Positions 1 to 13,111 of a stretch of DNA of 64,000 bases are shown piece by piece. The stretch comes from Octopus sinensis. Lineage: Eukaryota. The DNA lies in NCBI RefSeq assembly GCF_006345805.1, contig NC_043012.1:55924001-55988000 (forward strand). The letters are read 5' to 3'. The notes below the pieces were generated by a model. It was not told where the DNA came from. It worked only from the letters and a program-made list of their open reading frames with translations, and made no database searches. Positions within the stretch are counted from its first letter, which is position 1. Each line of letters opens with the position of its first letter. Position numbers and translations under genes: made by a program.

Positions 1-300
1 CTTTATGAAAATAACAAAAGACGAAGGCAGGTGGAAGACAAACGAACAATTGTATTAGTATGGCGCTCAGGAAATATAAATAAAACAAGTCTTTAACGTT
101 TCGAGCCTACGCTCTTCAACAGAAAGAAGAGACAAGAAGCAGAGAAAAACAAGAAAGAAGGAGAGAAAAAAAATGCGTGCAGTAGCTAACGAATCAACAT
201 GGCGATCTGATTCGGCCAGAGGTCAAAGATCAAACACGAGACGCGAGAGCGAAATAAGGGAGATAATAGGGTTGATAAAAGGGTTGAGTGACCAGCTAAA
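1..300 (-). mobile_element. Penelope-like short element (subfamily 1) with minimal hammerhead-like motif at 91-126; cut by window edge
   Basis: Homologous to 47905-48110; minus strand CTTT CTGTTGA A GAGC gtag GCTC GAAAC GTT AAAG. Confidence 0.6.
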
Positions 301-309
301 AGTGCGTGG

Positions 310-650
310 GAGGGGTCTGGATGTGTGTATGTATAGGGTTGGTGTATGTATTAGTATGTATACGGGTGTGTGTGTGGGTGTGTGGGTGTGTGTGTGTGTA
401 TGAGAGAGTATTAGTGCGTAAGATTGGTCTGGACGTGCGTATGTATGGGGTTGGTGTATGTATTAGTATGTATTAGTATGTATTAGTACGTATGGTATGT
501 ATAGGTGTGTGTGTGTGTGTGAGAGAGAGTATAAGTGGTATTGCGGGGTCTGGACGTGTGTATGTATAGGGTGGGTGTAAGTATTAGTATGTACTAGTAT
601 GTATTAGTACGTATTCGATGTATTAGTTGGTGGGTGTATTAGTATGGCAC
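310..650. repeat. Three ~115-bp degenerate tandem units
   Basis: ggtctgga(t/c)gtg(t/c)gtatgtat(a/g)ggg recurs at ~313, ~427 and ~546. Confidence 0.8.
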
Positions 651-687
651 ATCATATGTGATGTGATGTGTTAAAGTCATGTGGTGT

Positions 688-1060
688 AGTGAGGAGAAGA
701 GGGGGAGGGGGGGGGGAAGAGGGGAAGTGAGGAGAAGAGGGGGAGGGGGGAAGAGGGGGGAGAGAAGGGGAGGGGAAGAAGAGGGGGAGGAGAAAAGGGG
801 GAAGAGGAGACGATGGGGAGAAGGAAGGTGAGGAGGGGGATATGAAGGAGGAAAGAGGGAGAGGGGGAGAGAGAGAAGGGGAGAGAGGGGTGAGGGAGCA
901 GAGGGAAGGGAAGAGGGAGGGAAAGAAAGAGGGAAGAAGGGGGAAGGGGAGTAGGGGTGAAAAGGATGAAGGACTGAAGAAGAGGAAGTAGGGGTCGGGG
1001 GGGAGAAAGGATAGGTGAGGAGGGGGGGAGAGGGGGGTTAGATGAGGAGGGGGGGAGGAG
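688..1060. repeat. Polypurine G/A tract (~370 bp)
   Basis: Almost exclusively G and A with many G-runs. Confidence 0.95.
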
Positions 1061-1256
1061 TTGAGACCAAATGGCGTATAAGAGCGAAGAGAGAAGATTA
1101 ATTCCTGTCACGGCGCAAACGGGAATCGGATGGCCTCTGTGTATATATATATTATATATATATAAAAATTATTAGAGACAAAACCACTATTTGCAAAACA
1201 AACAAAGGAAAGACTTAATCAATACATAAAATTTTAATAAATAGTCAAAAAAACCG

Positions 1257-1298
1257 CCACTACAATCGTTTCTGTCTTGATCGACAATCTTCAGGTGG
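1257..1298 (-). ncRNA. Minimal type I hammerhead ribozyme motif in a (TA)n-flanked element (~1160-1335)
   Basis: Minus strand CCAC CTGAAGA T TGTC gatcaa GACA GAAAC gatt GTA GTGG: helix I CCAC/GTGG, canonical CUGANGA and GAAA, helix II, short helix III, GUA cleavage triplet. Confidence 0.7.
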
Positions 1299-1395
1299 AC
1301 TTCCAATAAGTCAGTTTCAAATTATGAAATTATATATAAATATATGTATGTATATATATATGTATATATATTATATATATATATGTATATATATG

Positions 1396-1432
<37 letters not shown>

Positions 1433-1467
1433 TATAATATATATATATATAAATATATTATATATAT

Positions 1468-1499
<32 letters not shown>

Positions 1500-1537
1500 T
1501 ATTTATATGATATATATATATATATATTATATATATA

Positions 1538-1570
<33 letters not shown>

Positions 1571-1576
1571 ATATAT

Positions 1577-1612
<36 letters not shown>

Positions 1613-1977
1613 ATTATTATTTGAGGGAATAAAATCCAAACTTACAAGTAAAAAAATTCAATTTAGAAATACTAAATCAATTTTCTAGATGGGTGTAATT
1701 TAATTGTTCACTTTGAATTGATAAAAGGTAGGTTTTTTATAATTTAATTATATATATATATATAAAAGGGTAAAGACCCCTTCGGTCATGAATGACCATG
1801 GGATTGCACCTAGAAAGTTACCCTCCAGACACAAGTCCGGGCAAGGTTGTTTATGGAAGACCAGCAGTCGCCCATGATACCAGCCTCCCCTCTCCACGCC
1901 ACCAGTGTTATCCAAGGGAAAGACAAAGGTCGATACAGCTTGGCACCAGTGACGTCGCAACTCTTTCTACAGCTGAG

Positions 1978-2034
<57 letters not shown>

Positions 2035-3418
2035 CCGTTCTGTGTGTCTGTTTGTGTGCTTATAACTCGAGTATTGTTCATCCAATAGCGCTGAAATTTT
2101 AAACATTGAACACATGGAGAACGGGGCGTTCCATAATCTAAAAAGATTTTCAAAATTGTTAGTTTCAAAATGAGAATCGCTAATTTTGTAATCTTTTTGT
2201 CCTGTTTGTTCCGCCATTAAAAGCAACCAGTTGCTCAGACAACCGGCACATACCATTTCGTTAGCAACAAGGGGAGTACAGGGTGACAGTCAGCCCAAAC
2301 CGTCGCTATGCTGTCTCTCTTCTTTCCCCTCTCTCTCTGTCTCTCTTATGATGTCGGATTCCGCCTGAAGTTGTATATTTATTGTGTTAATATTCGTTAT
2401 CAATCAATTGCCCTTATTGAGAAGAAACAATCAAAAGTAACTACCACATACAATCACTAAATATCTCCACTACTTAATACCGTTCAAGTTAACCCTCTTC
2501 ACTTTTACAGCTGACATGAAAAGCTATGAGGAAAAGCAGTCATTTTAATTGAAAAACTTCATTGCTATTAAAACGCGTAAAATCTTTAGTTACAGTTTCT
2601 CATTAAAACTACATAATAGGCAGAATTGTCGGATTAAGATAGTAGGATGTTTTGAGGGAGATTTGGCTGCTATTTCTACCAGGTCTAGCTACCATGTAGA
2701 GGTCTCTCCCTCATTGGCTTATCCATACCTATATACATAAAATCGGAATAAAATACTTAAAACAACAGGTGTCAAATAGAAAAGCCAAGGTCCATGCGGT
2801 GTCATGCGCCCAAAACATTTCCAAGTTCTTGCCTAATGTGAGCCCAGAGCAATTTCTTATCTCTTACACTATTTCAGTATTACGTCTGTATTGTAATGTA
2901 AGATTCTGTCATATATGTATATATATTCCTTATGCTTTCCAAAACCGAGTCACAGATTTTGACGTATGGAGTATCAAAAGATTCAGCACTATTTTGGCCA
3001 CAAATTAAACTTAATTTTCATTCACATATATGCATTTCAAAAATTTAACAACCTTTTCCATAAATCAACTATCGTAAACATTTTATACGATGACGTCACC
3101 TTTTCTACATGTATCTTAAAAGACATCAATCATCACGGCACACACCTTCACTCACTCACTCTATCTCTCTCTCTCACCCTCTTTCTCTCTCACATACACA
3201 CGCACACGCACACACACACACACACGCGCGTCCATTTCATACGGACGTACATACACCTTTCCACTGTCTTTCTCTGTTTTTTTTTTTCGCTTTCTCTTCT
3301 TTCAATTTCTGCTCTCTTCAAATAAATTTTTACAGATACAACTGCTTACACAGCTAGGGATTAATGAATAATTTCTTTCTATGTTCATAATTTTTTGTTT
3401 ACAATATTGGAAGAAAAT

Positions 3419-3560
3419 ATGCCACAAAAGAAAAGACGTAATCTCTCCAGAAACAAGTATAAAGCAAGAAGTGTAGAAAACAGAAGGCGAGAGTCTGAAG
3501 AGAAAAGCTAGATGAGATTTTATCAAGATCAGCAAATGCATGTTGCAGCACTTAATGCCG
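3419..3560 (+). pseudogene. Possible decayed Helitron RepHel N-terminus (MPQKKRRNLSRNKYKARSVENRRRESEEKS*)
   Basis: Basic NLS-like start resembling invertebrate Helitron ORF starts as I recall them; early stop at 3509-3511; no Rep or helicase motifs seen. Confidence 0.3.
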
Positions 3561-4155
3561 GATCATTAAATCAACGTTTTAATGATTAGACAGAGGTTCA
3601 ATAGAATAGCTCTCAGAAACAGATTACGTACAAATTCATTCTTCACAACCCCTGAAGCTGTTTTCTTATATGATCCATCCCATTCTTATAAAAATAATAA
3701 CTCTGTCCAAAATAGAATAATAACTCTGCTGTGCTAAACACAAATTGTCTTTTCTGTTGAGCTTTAAAATTTTCAAATGAAACAAATGGTATGTGCTGCT
3801 CAGGCGGTCAGGTAAGATTGTCAGCACTATTAGCTCCTTCTCAACCTCTCATGGATCTTCTAGGAGGCCTTTCCGTCCAGTCAAAGGATTTTCTGAACAA
3901 TATTAGACAATACAACTCTGCAAATGACGTCGTTTGGTGCATCTAAGAAGATAGATAAGCAGGAATTTACGACAGCGTCAAAGCTCAAGGGCAAGACTAT
4001 CACCTCATTCGTTCCCTGTTACCCACAAATATATATTTATATATGTATATATATATACATGTGTGTGTGTATGTATATATATATATATATTATATATATT
4101 ATGCATGTATATGTATGTGTATATATATATATATATATATTGTATGTATATATAC

Positions 4156-4187
<32 letters not shown>

Positions 4188-4202
4188 GTGTGTGTGTGTG
4201 TA

Positions 4203-4420
4203 TTCTTTTATTCTTTTGTTTCAGTTACTTGACTTCGGCCATGCTGGAGCACCACCTTTAGTCGAACAAATGGACCCCAGGACTTATTCTCTGTAAGCCT
4301 AGGATTTATTCTATCGGTGCGTTTTGTCGAACGGCTAAGTTACGGGGACGTTACCACACCAACATCGTTTGTCAAGCGATGGTGGGGGACAAATACAGAC
4401 ACAAACACACCACACACACA
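4203..4420 (-). mobile_element. SINE family A, 3' half
   Basis: Matches 8306-8520. Confidence 0.8.
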
Positions 4421-4426
4421 CACATA

Positions 4427-4456
4427 TCCCGAGCCACGCCGGGTATCTCTGCTAGT
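4427..4456 (+). mobile_element. Isolated Helitron 3' terminus
   Basis: cccgagccacgccggg hairpin plus ctctgCTAGT; exact inverted copy at ~4996-5025. Confidence 0.7.
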
Positions 4457-4474
4457 ATATATATATATATATAG

Positions 4475-4557
<83 letters not shown>

Positions 4558-4995
4558 ACATACATATGGGTGTTACGGTAATGAGCTTGCTTCCAAACAC
4601 ATGGGTCGTAGTTCAGTCCCACTGCGTGGCACCTTGGGCAAGTGTCTCCTACTATAGCTTCGGGCTGACCGAATCCTTGTGAGTAGATTGTGGTAAGAAC
4701 GGAACCTGAAAGAAAACTGTCGTATATATATATATATATATTATATATATATATATATAATATATATATATACGACAGTTTCTTTCATTTCCGTCCCAAA
4801 TCTACTTGCCCAAGGTGCCACGCAGTGGGACTGAACTACGACCCATGTGTTGGGGATCAAGCCTATTACCACACACCCATATGTATGTATATATATATAT
4901 TATATATATAGATATATATATATATATATATATATTATAGTATATGATATATATTATATACATATAATATATATATAATATATATATACATATAT

Positions 4996-5120
4996 ACTAG
5001 CAGAGATACCCGGCGTGGCTCGGGATTAAAATGGCATAGTTTGTATATAATACATTACAGTTATGTTGAAACAAGTGATATGGAAAAGTGCAGCATTGAC
5101 AACAAAACTATTGTGGAGTA
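4996..5120 (-). mobile_element. 5'-truncated Helitron (3' terminus plus some interior)
   Basis: actagcagagatacccggcgtggctcggg is the reverse complement of the 4427 terminus. Confidence 0.65.
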
Positions 5121-5309
5121 AATGGTGGGCTAATTCGGCTAAGCAAGATGCTATGCGTCCGTTTGGAGTATTTCAGGCCTTAACCTGTCGGGCTTTAAGC
5201 TCTATATGTTTAAGCTCTATAAACACTAAGTAGAGATAGAAAAACAAAGAAGGCAATACCACACCTTTGGCTGGACACGAACCACGTATTTAATTTCGGT
5301 TTCTCATAT

Positions 5310-5310
5310 T

Positions 5311-5342
<32 letters not shown>

Positions 5343-5580
5343 TGTATGTATGTATGTATAAAGTTAATCCAAACATGAAAACACAAAGAGCACAACAACG
5401 CGAGGACGTGGAACAAGTATAGTATTATTGGACGCTCAAGAAAGGCAAGAAAGAAGGAGGATTTAACGTTTCGATCTGAGCTCTTCGTCAGAAACATAGG
5501 AAAAAAGAAAGATCCAAGGAAGGCAAGACAGAGGGAAAAAAATCGCCAACGATACACACGCGGTCACATTTTGAATGACC
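5310..5580 (-). mobile_element. Penelope-like short element (subfamily 2) with hammerhead motif 5462-5494
   Basis: Minus strand TTT CTGACGA A GAGC tca GATC GAAAC GTT AAA; homologous to the 19998 and 23478 copies; ends at (TA)/(TATG)n. Confidence 0.65.
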
Positions 5581-6844
5581 GGAAGGGAATGGGTGAAAAA
5601 AAAGTTCTTTCAGATAGGAGAGTGCAAGAGAAGGAGGTATGTGTGTATATGTGTGTGCGCGCAGGTCTCTGTGTGTGTGTGTGTGTAATGGTAGCACATG
5701 TGTGTGTGTGTGGTTGTGGCTGTTAATCTATGTGTGTGGTTGGGCTTATATTAAATATAATTAAATGATGAACGGTAAAACGATAGATACGTAGTTTGTG
5801 TCCAGCCAAGGATGTGGTATTGCCTTCATTGATTTTTCTATCTCTACTTAGTGTTTATAGAGCTTAAACATAGAGTTTACTGGCCTAATCGGTAGAGGTG
5901 CCGACAAAATGCTTAACGACGACGTTGTTAAGTCGTTATTTTCTTTTGAGTTCAAATCCCGACAAGGTTTGACTTTGCCCTTTCATCGTTCCTGGAAGTG
6001 GATCATTAGCGATAAAATAATGTACTAATTAATTACTGGGATGGATATAATTGATTACACTCCCGCCTAGCACATAATCTGTGGTCTTGTGCCTGTATCG
6101 GAAATCCAAACAGCAAGGAGTAACCCCACCCTATCCAGATGGTCTCTCGATGAGGCAGAAATGGTAGCAAAATCTCTCTCAGATTGTATCTAGCCGTGTT
6201 CGGATGGAAAACGCATTAAATACGCAGTCTCGTTTATCCTTAATAAGACAGACGGTCATGGTCGGAATGCCTTTAATCGTAAGCCTAAGTAATCAGAGTT
6301 GACCTGGTGCTGCAGAGCAACAACAACAGCAGCAGCAGTCTAAAATTTGGTAAATTAATTCAATTCGTACTATGTAAAAGCATCGTACGAACTAAGTTAA
6401 ATAGCTTTAAGTATTAGCCAAGCCAAATAATTAACTAATTAACGTATCATCTAACCTACTAACTAACTAATTATTTAACAAGTGGAGTAAAATAAGTAAA
6501 TTAATTGTAATAATAGTATTAGTCGTCACTTAATGGATATCTGTGGGAGTTTTAGTTAGATGTCATTCAGTGAAAACATGTTAGCAATAATTCCGGTTTT
6601 AGTTAGTAAATATTTAACTTAGTGTTAGGGTAACCCTTGTTTCATTGTTCTGTACATATTTCCGCCTGACACCAACGTAGAGGAATGTCTAAGCTTATCA
6701 CTAAACTTCCTTCTTAAGCTTTAAATCGTATCGTTTTCCCTTTCCTCAAATATTTGGTGTTGTTATACTCCATACAAAACATTCTCATATTACCACTCCT
6801 TGTCAAAAGACCTGTAATATCCGTAATTAATTAAGGCGTTGAAG

Positions 6845-7045
6845 ATGACAAAATCGTTTGCGTGTAAAATAAAATGTCTAGCGGTATTTTTTCTTTCTGG
6901 TTCTTTACATTCTGAGTTCAAATTCCGCTGCGGTCGACTTTGCATTTCATCATTTCAGGATCGATAAAGTAAAGTACTAGTCAAGTACTTGTGTCGAGGT
7001 CATCGACTTGCTCCTCCTCGTAAAATTGCTGGCCTTTTGCCAAAA
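6845..7045 (+). mobile_element. Diverged SINE family B
   Basis: gagttcaaattccgctgcggtcgactttgcatttcatc. Confidence 0.7.
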
Positions 7046-7142
7046 TAATAATAATAATAATAATAATAATATAATAATAATAATAATAATAACAATAATA
7101 ATAATAACAACAACAACAACAGCAACAACAACAATAATAATA

Positions 7143-7652
7143 ATGCCCTGATGCACTACCAGGCAGCGGCTCTCATGTCTGGTGATCTTAACAGATTGGA
7201 AGTGTTATCATGTACATTGTTTTGTCTTGGTATAAAAGATGGGTTACAGCAAACATTCTGCTCAATAGCACAGATTTGCTTGTCAGTTTTTTTTACCTTA
7301 ACCAGTTGAGCATGTCCCTTAGTGGCTGACGATATGTGTTGAGAGGGATTCTTTGGGGTTTGAATAATTCACCTCTGGAGACATAGGTGTTTCATTCAAC
7401 ATCCTTAAACAACCCTTATTCAGGGACCGTTTGAGCGGGATGGGTTACTCAACCTGAAGAAAATTCTAACTGGGCCCCACCTGCAAGGTCATGTGCTGTT
7501 TATCTTGATATGAAATCCACCATGTCCGCGCACTATGGTTGTGATGCATGTGCCTGGTGTAACCTTTATCAGACGGTAGTCATGATGGGTATATTGGGCT
7601 TCGTATTTTTTACCCACCAGTGTCCCTTTGATGGCATGAACTGCTCTCTCAC
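7143..7652. mobile_element. ~510-bp element inserted in an (AAT)n/(AAC)n microsatellite
   Basis: Complex, more GC-rich sequence bounded by (AAT)n on both sides; recalled as an abundant octopus repeat, not verifiable here. Confidence 0.45.
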
Positions 7653-8305
7653 TCAATAATAATAATAATAATGATGATGATTAAATATTTGGGCGGAAAG
7701 CTAACAGAATCGTTACAGCGCCGAGCAAAATACCCAGTGGTTAGTCCACGATAGTTTTACCGGAAAGACAAGATCGTGGAAATCCATACTATCGACATGA
7801 CCTAGTAATAATCACATCCAAATCATGTGCGAATTATATCCGAATCTTGTTCAAATTATACCCCAGAAAGTTTAAATGATAGAAAGGAAAATGAAAAGGG
7901 AGACAATAAAACGCTGAAGGAACTACACGTTGGATAATGTAACCCTAGATCAGTGTTTCCCAAATTGGGTGGCACTGTCCCCCGGGGGCGGCGGAACGAT
8001 CCAGTGGAGTGTTGGAGAAATGTGGGGGCGAGAATGATGGGGGCGAGAATGGGGTAGCGATGGATGTAGAAACATCAAATTAATGGGTTAAGTTTTTATA
8101 ACAGCAATTATAGCAACAACTAAATAAAAACGCACCAAATCACCCAGTGATTAATTATGCAACGATTTCCAAACAGGATAGAATATATAGCGGATGAAAT
8201 AGTTGTGCATCCTAAGTTCCGTCTGTTCAAATCCTCAGCAATCCAATGCGTCACGGTAGAAGGAATTTCTCGTTTTGAATTTAGTTGGTAATGTTGTTTG
8301 CTAAT

Positions 8306-8700
8306 TTACTCTTTTACTCTTTTACTTGTTTCAGTCATTTGACTGCGGCCATGCTGGAGAACCGCCTTTAATCGAGCAACTCGACCCCAGGACTTATTCT
8401 TTTGTAAGCCCAGTACATATTCTATCGGTCTCTTTTGCCGAACCGCTAAGTTACGGGGACATAAACACACCAGCATCGGTTGTCAAGCAATGCTAGGGGG
8501 ACAAACACAGACACACAAACACACACACGCATATATATATATATACATATATACGACGGGCTTCTTTCGGTTTCCGTCTACCAAATCCACTCACAAGGCT
8601 TTGGTCGGCCCAGGTAGAAGACACTTGCCCAAGGTGCCACGCAGTGGGACGAACCCGGAACCATGTGGTTGGTAAACAAGCTACTTACCACACAGCCACT
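8306..8700 (-). mobile_element. tRNA-derived SINE family A (CORE-like), complete copy
   Basis: Head gtggctgtgtggtaag...gggttcgtccc (A/B boxes), accttgggcaagt CORE-like motif, internal CA/TA microsatellite, tail ggccgcagtcaaatgactgaaacaagtaaaag; more than 10 copies in the window. Confidence 0.9.
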
Positions 8701-8765
8701 CTAATATTATTTATTATTATTATTTTAATCACATAGTCCCATTTGAACACAAATATTGCACATTC

Positions 8766-8865
8766 NNNNNNNNNNNNNNNNNNNNNNNNNNNNNNNNNNN
8801 NNNNNNNNNNNNNNNNNNNNNNNNNNNNNNNNNNNNNNNNNNNNNNNNNNNNNNNNNNNNNNNNN
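8766..8865. other. Assembly gap (100 N, placeholder size)
   Basis: Run of exactly 100 N. Confidence 0.99.
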
Positions 8866-9314
8866 TAAAATTTTTTCGTTTGCAGTTAAGTTAGAGATTC
8901 TGCTAGTTATGCCTGTGACTACGTTATTAAGGGTACGTTTGGGTGAATCTGTCAATACCTCAAATGTAAAATTCTTCCCTGAAGAAGGAGGCTGGTGGTA
9001 TCCGATGATGGAATCAAGTTACAATCATTATTTTGGACCAGCAAGCCCCCAGAAATAGTTGTTGGACTCATAAAACTCTTACTCAACACCTTTAAATCCA
9101 GATATCATTTCCATTTTGTGTAAATCGGACATTATATGCATATAAATGTATATTTTTTGTATTAAGTGTATTTAATATTTTATGTATCTCGACTTGCCAA
9201 ACTTGCTTGTCCTTACATTTACTCCTCTACCTGCTCAACTTCAAATCTGTTGAGCACTACAAAGTGTATTCTATACAGAGAATACCTGTCTCTAATCTAT
9301 CTATCTTCTATATG

Positions 9315-9364
<50 letters not shown>

Positions 9365-9423
9365 ATATATATATGTATGTATATATTTATATATATGTAT
9401 ATGTATATATATATGTATATATG

Positions 9424-9457
<34 letters not shown>

Positions 9458-10244
9458 AATAATATATATATATATATATTTATGTATGTTGTTTATATAG
9501 ATCTATATATATATATATAGATATATATATATATATATATATATGCACATATATATATGTATATATCATCTATATATATATACATGCATATATATACATG
9601 CATACATATATACGTATATATATTATATATGTATATATATATGTATATATATATGTGTGTGTATGTATTTATGTATGTATGTACACATACATACATGCAT
9701 GCATACAATCATACATATATGTATATACATACATGTGATCTCGTATGTTAATGCAATTAGTAAATTTGCCAAATATTATCTTGTTACTGTTGTATAGAGT
9801 GGAATAGAGAGTTGTTGTTGTTATTATTGTTGTTGGGGGGCGGTGGTGGCGGTGGTCGCAGAGGGTGTTGCTATCGTTGCCGTCGTGAAGTTAGTGGCAG
9901 TGGTGTGGTATATCAGCATGCTTAATAGAACAAAACTCATTCCAAAGTTAGGTTTTCCAACCATGACTCTCCCGCCATTATATTAAGTAATAATAGATTT
10001 TATGAAAATTATATTGGATGTCTCTGGCTGTGTGGAGTGCGTGTGTGTGCGTTGTGTTTGTGCATGTATGTATGAATTTGTGTGTTAGTGTGTGTGTGTA
10101 TGTGTTGTGTTGTGTGTGTGTGTGTTAGTGTGTGTGTGTGTGTGCGTGTGTGTGTGTATGTGTGTGTGTGCGTGGGCGTGGGCGTTGATGTATTTACTAT
10201 GATGTTTAAACTGTTTGACTTCTAGAAATACCAGCTAGCGTAGT

Positions 10245-10530
10245 GGAGAAAGAAGAAGAAGAAGAAAAGAAGAAGAAGAAGGAGGAGGAGAGAGGAGGAG
10301 AGAAGAAGAAGAAGAAGAAGACAAGAAGCAAGAAGTGAAGAAGAAGAAGAAGAAGAAGAAGAAGAAGAAGAAAGTGAAGAGAAGAAAAAAGAAGAAGAAA
10401 GTGAAGAAGAAGAAGAAAGAAGAAAGTGAAGAAGAAGAGAAGAAGAAGAAGAAGAGAAGAGAAGAAGAAGAAGAAGAAGAAGAAGAAGAAGAAGAAGAAG
10501 AAGAAGAAGAAGAAGAAGAAGAAGAAGAAA
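10245..10530. repeat. (GAA)n polypurine microsatellite
   Basis: Direct reading. Confidence 0.97.
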
Positions 10531-10852
10531 TAACGTATATAAACCAAAAGAGAAACGTCAACAACGCTAACAAATTTAGCATTCCCCTGATGAGTTTTGT
10601 GTGTGTAGCCTTTCACCAGTTTTCTTATCTTTTATTATGTAAGAAAGAAATTTTAATCATGCCGTTTCTAATTTCACATATTTGAGCAGTGAGCAGTTGA
10701 ACAGCACATCTTTGTTTATATTTCAAGCAGGTTAGAAGTGGTTTTTCTTTTTGCTGTTTTTTTCTTTTATGAATAACATGTAGTTAAAGTGGAGACTAAT
10801 CTAATGTAGTAAACCAAAAAATGAATATGACGATAATGATAATACAAAAAAA

Positions 10853-11224
10853 AAGGACTTTCTTTTGTAGCCCCTAACACCATATTTTCTTTTTTAATAT
10901 TACACATGATAGAAAATTGATTCCCTACCATGTCTTATAATAATAATGATGAGAAAGTCATAAAAAGTCACAAAAATTAAGAATTTCTACTCACGTGTTG
11001 GCAAATTTCATAGAGTTAGGCAATTTAGATCTTAACGTTAGGCAAATTGAGACATGAATATATATAATTCAGAACTGAATTTTTTTTTATGGAAATTCTT
11101 AATTTTTATGACTGTCTCATCAATATTATTATAAGACATGGTAGGAAATCAATTTTCCAACATGTGTAATATTAAAAAAATAACAAAATTAGGAGGTGGG
11201 GTGGGGTACAAAAGTAAGTCTTTC
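10853..11224. mobile_element. Foldback MITE with ~140-bp imperfect inverted arms
   Basis: aatattacacatgatagaaaattgattccctaccatgtcttataataata (~10890-10945) is matched in reverse at ~11125-11175; outer ends cttttgtagcccc / ggggtacaaaag. Confidence 0.75.
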
Positions 11225-11353
11225 CAAAAAAATAATGAATTAAAAAAACAGCCGTAATAAAAAAAAATCATTCGAGTCATCAGGGGAGACAATTCCGAAA
11301 TCTGAATACATTAGGAACATGCATTGGATAGTAACTCCGAAGTTTAGTAATTA

Positions 11354-11919
11354 CTAGCAGTATAACCCAGCTTTGCCCGGGATTAAGTTAGGATTATTAA
11401 GCTAATCAAGTTCTTTATTTCAAACCAAACTAAGTAACATCGACGTCAAATTTGGGTGAAATCTGTTGAAATTATTGTATATATATATGGGCAACACACA
11501 CACCTACACACACGTACGTACGTACACCTATTGCATACATGTTTTTTGTATGCATACATGTTCGTGTGTGTGTGTGTGTTGCCCATATATCAACAAAACA
11601 CTTTTTTCCTCGATAGAAAAAAACAAACAACAAAAGTCTTAACAAAAACTTACTCGTCGCTAGAAAGGCACTTAACTCCTGTTTGCAAACAATGGTGATT
11701 TCTCCGACTTGAAAATAGTTAAAAGTTTTGGTTGAAAAATTATTTTTACTGCTATTCGCTGGTGCCTCTGGGGAAAATAAGTTGACGAAAATACAGCTAG
11801 GATCATGACGAATGTCCTCCTAAAATTGGAGCGACATGCGTGCTAATTTGTGGACGTGCATAAATTACATTCACGTACACACTCACACACACACACATCC
11901 TGCCTTTTATATATACAGA
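11354..11919 (-). mobile_element. Complete non-autonomous Helitron (566 bp)
   Basis: Minus strand A|TCTGTATATATAAAAGG start; hairpin cccagctttgcccggg near the end; CTAG|T end. Confidence 0.8.
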
Positions 11920-12392
11920 TGATGATTTGATTTAGGCATAATGGCCAGCAATTTTGAGATGAAGGCGTCAGTCAATTATGTCTACCCCACCACTACTGCA
12001 TATATCTCTCTGAGATATTTAGAAATGTAATATTTCTATAATTATTAATCTGTACTTTATATAATCGATCGTGCAAGATGAAAGGGAAAGTTTACCTCGG
12101 TGAGATTTGAATTCAGACTATAAATAGCTGTAACAATACGGTTAGGCAATTTGTCTGATGCTTCTTTGTGAAGTACAACTCCGAGTATACATTATTTACA
12201 TTCGACGGATATCTGTTCTCATCTTGTTTGTTGTTAACACAACGTTTTGGCTGATATACCCTCCAGCCTTCATCAGGTGTCTTGGAGAAATTTCGAACCT
12301 GGGTTCTCTTTCCTAAGGTATTTTTCGATGTTGTTGTTGTTATTATTATTACTATTATTATTATTATTATTAATATTATTATTATTATTATT

Positions 12393-12470
12393 TAGATCAC
12401 TGCCAGGAATCGAACTCGGAATCTTGGGGTTAGTAGCCCGCGCTCTTAACCACTACGCCATATGCCCACA
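12393..12470 (-). mobile_element. Short tRNA-derived SINE with (AAT)n tail
   Basis: A box GGCGTAGTGGTTAA, B box GAGTTCGATTCC; acceptor stem does not pair. Confidence 0.7.
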
Positions 12471-12619
12471 GGCATGATGAGGACAAATGTAAATAATTTA
12501 AATAATGTACATAAGTCTTCATCTCTTGAATATAGAACTGAACTTCAGGTATGTTCCGGGCTTATTAGGCTTCCTCAGTGAAGCAATGCTTTACTCATAC
12601 TTAGCAGACTTTCGAATGA

Positions 12620-12839
12620 TTCTTTTATTCTTTTACTTGCTTTAGCCATTTGACTGCGGCCATGCTGGAGCACTGCCTTAAAGGGCTTTAGTCGAAGAAA
12701 TTAACTCCAGGCCTTATACTTGTAGTACTTATTCTATCGACCTCTGTTGCCGGGGGACATAAACACACCAGCATCGGTTTTCAAGCGATGGTAGGGGGAG
12801 GACAAACATACACACACACAAATATATTCATATATATAT

Positions 12840-12890
<51 letters not shown>

Positions 12891-13054
12891 TATATATATA
12901 TTAAGGGCTTCTTTCAGTTTCCGTCTACCAAATCCACTCACAAGGCTTTGGTCAGCCCGTAGCTATAGTAGATGACACTTGCCCAAGGTGCTACGCAGTG
13001 GAACTGAACCCGGAACCAAGTGGTTGAGAAGCAAGCTTCTTACCACACAGCCAC
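12620..13054 (-). mobile_element. SINE family A
   Basis: Collinear with the 8306-8700 copy; longer (TA)n. Confidence 0.88.
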
Positions 13055-13111
13055 GAAGATATGTAAGTGTTTAATGGGTTAAAACATTTGCTCATTCATT
13101 ATCCAATATAT

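Noticed and set aside
8866-9060. Coding exon next to the gap (open frames on both strands)
   Set aside because: No recognisable domain, ambiguous strand, and truncated by the N run.
12393-12470. tRNA gene
   Set aside because: A/B boxes are present but the acceptor stem does not pair, and an (AAT)n tail follows; it is a SINE head.
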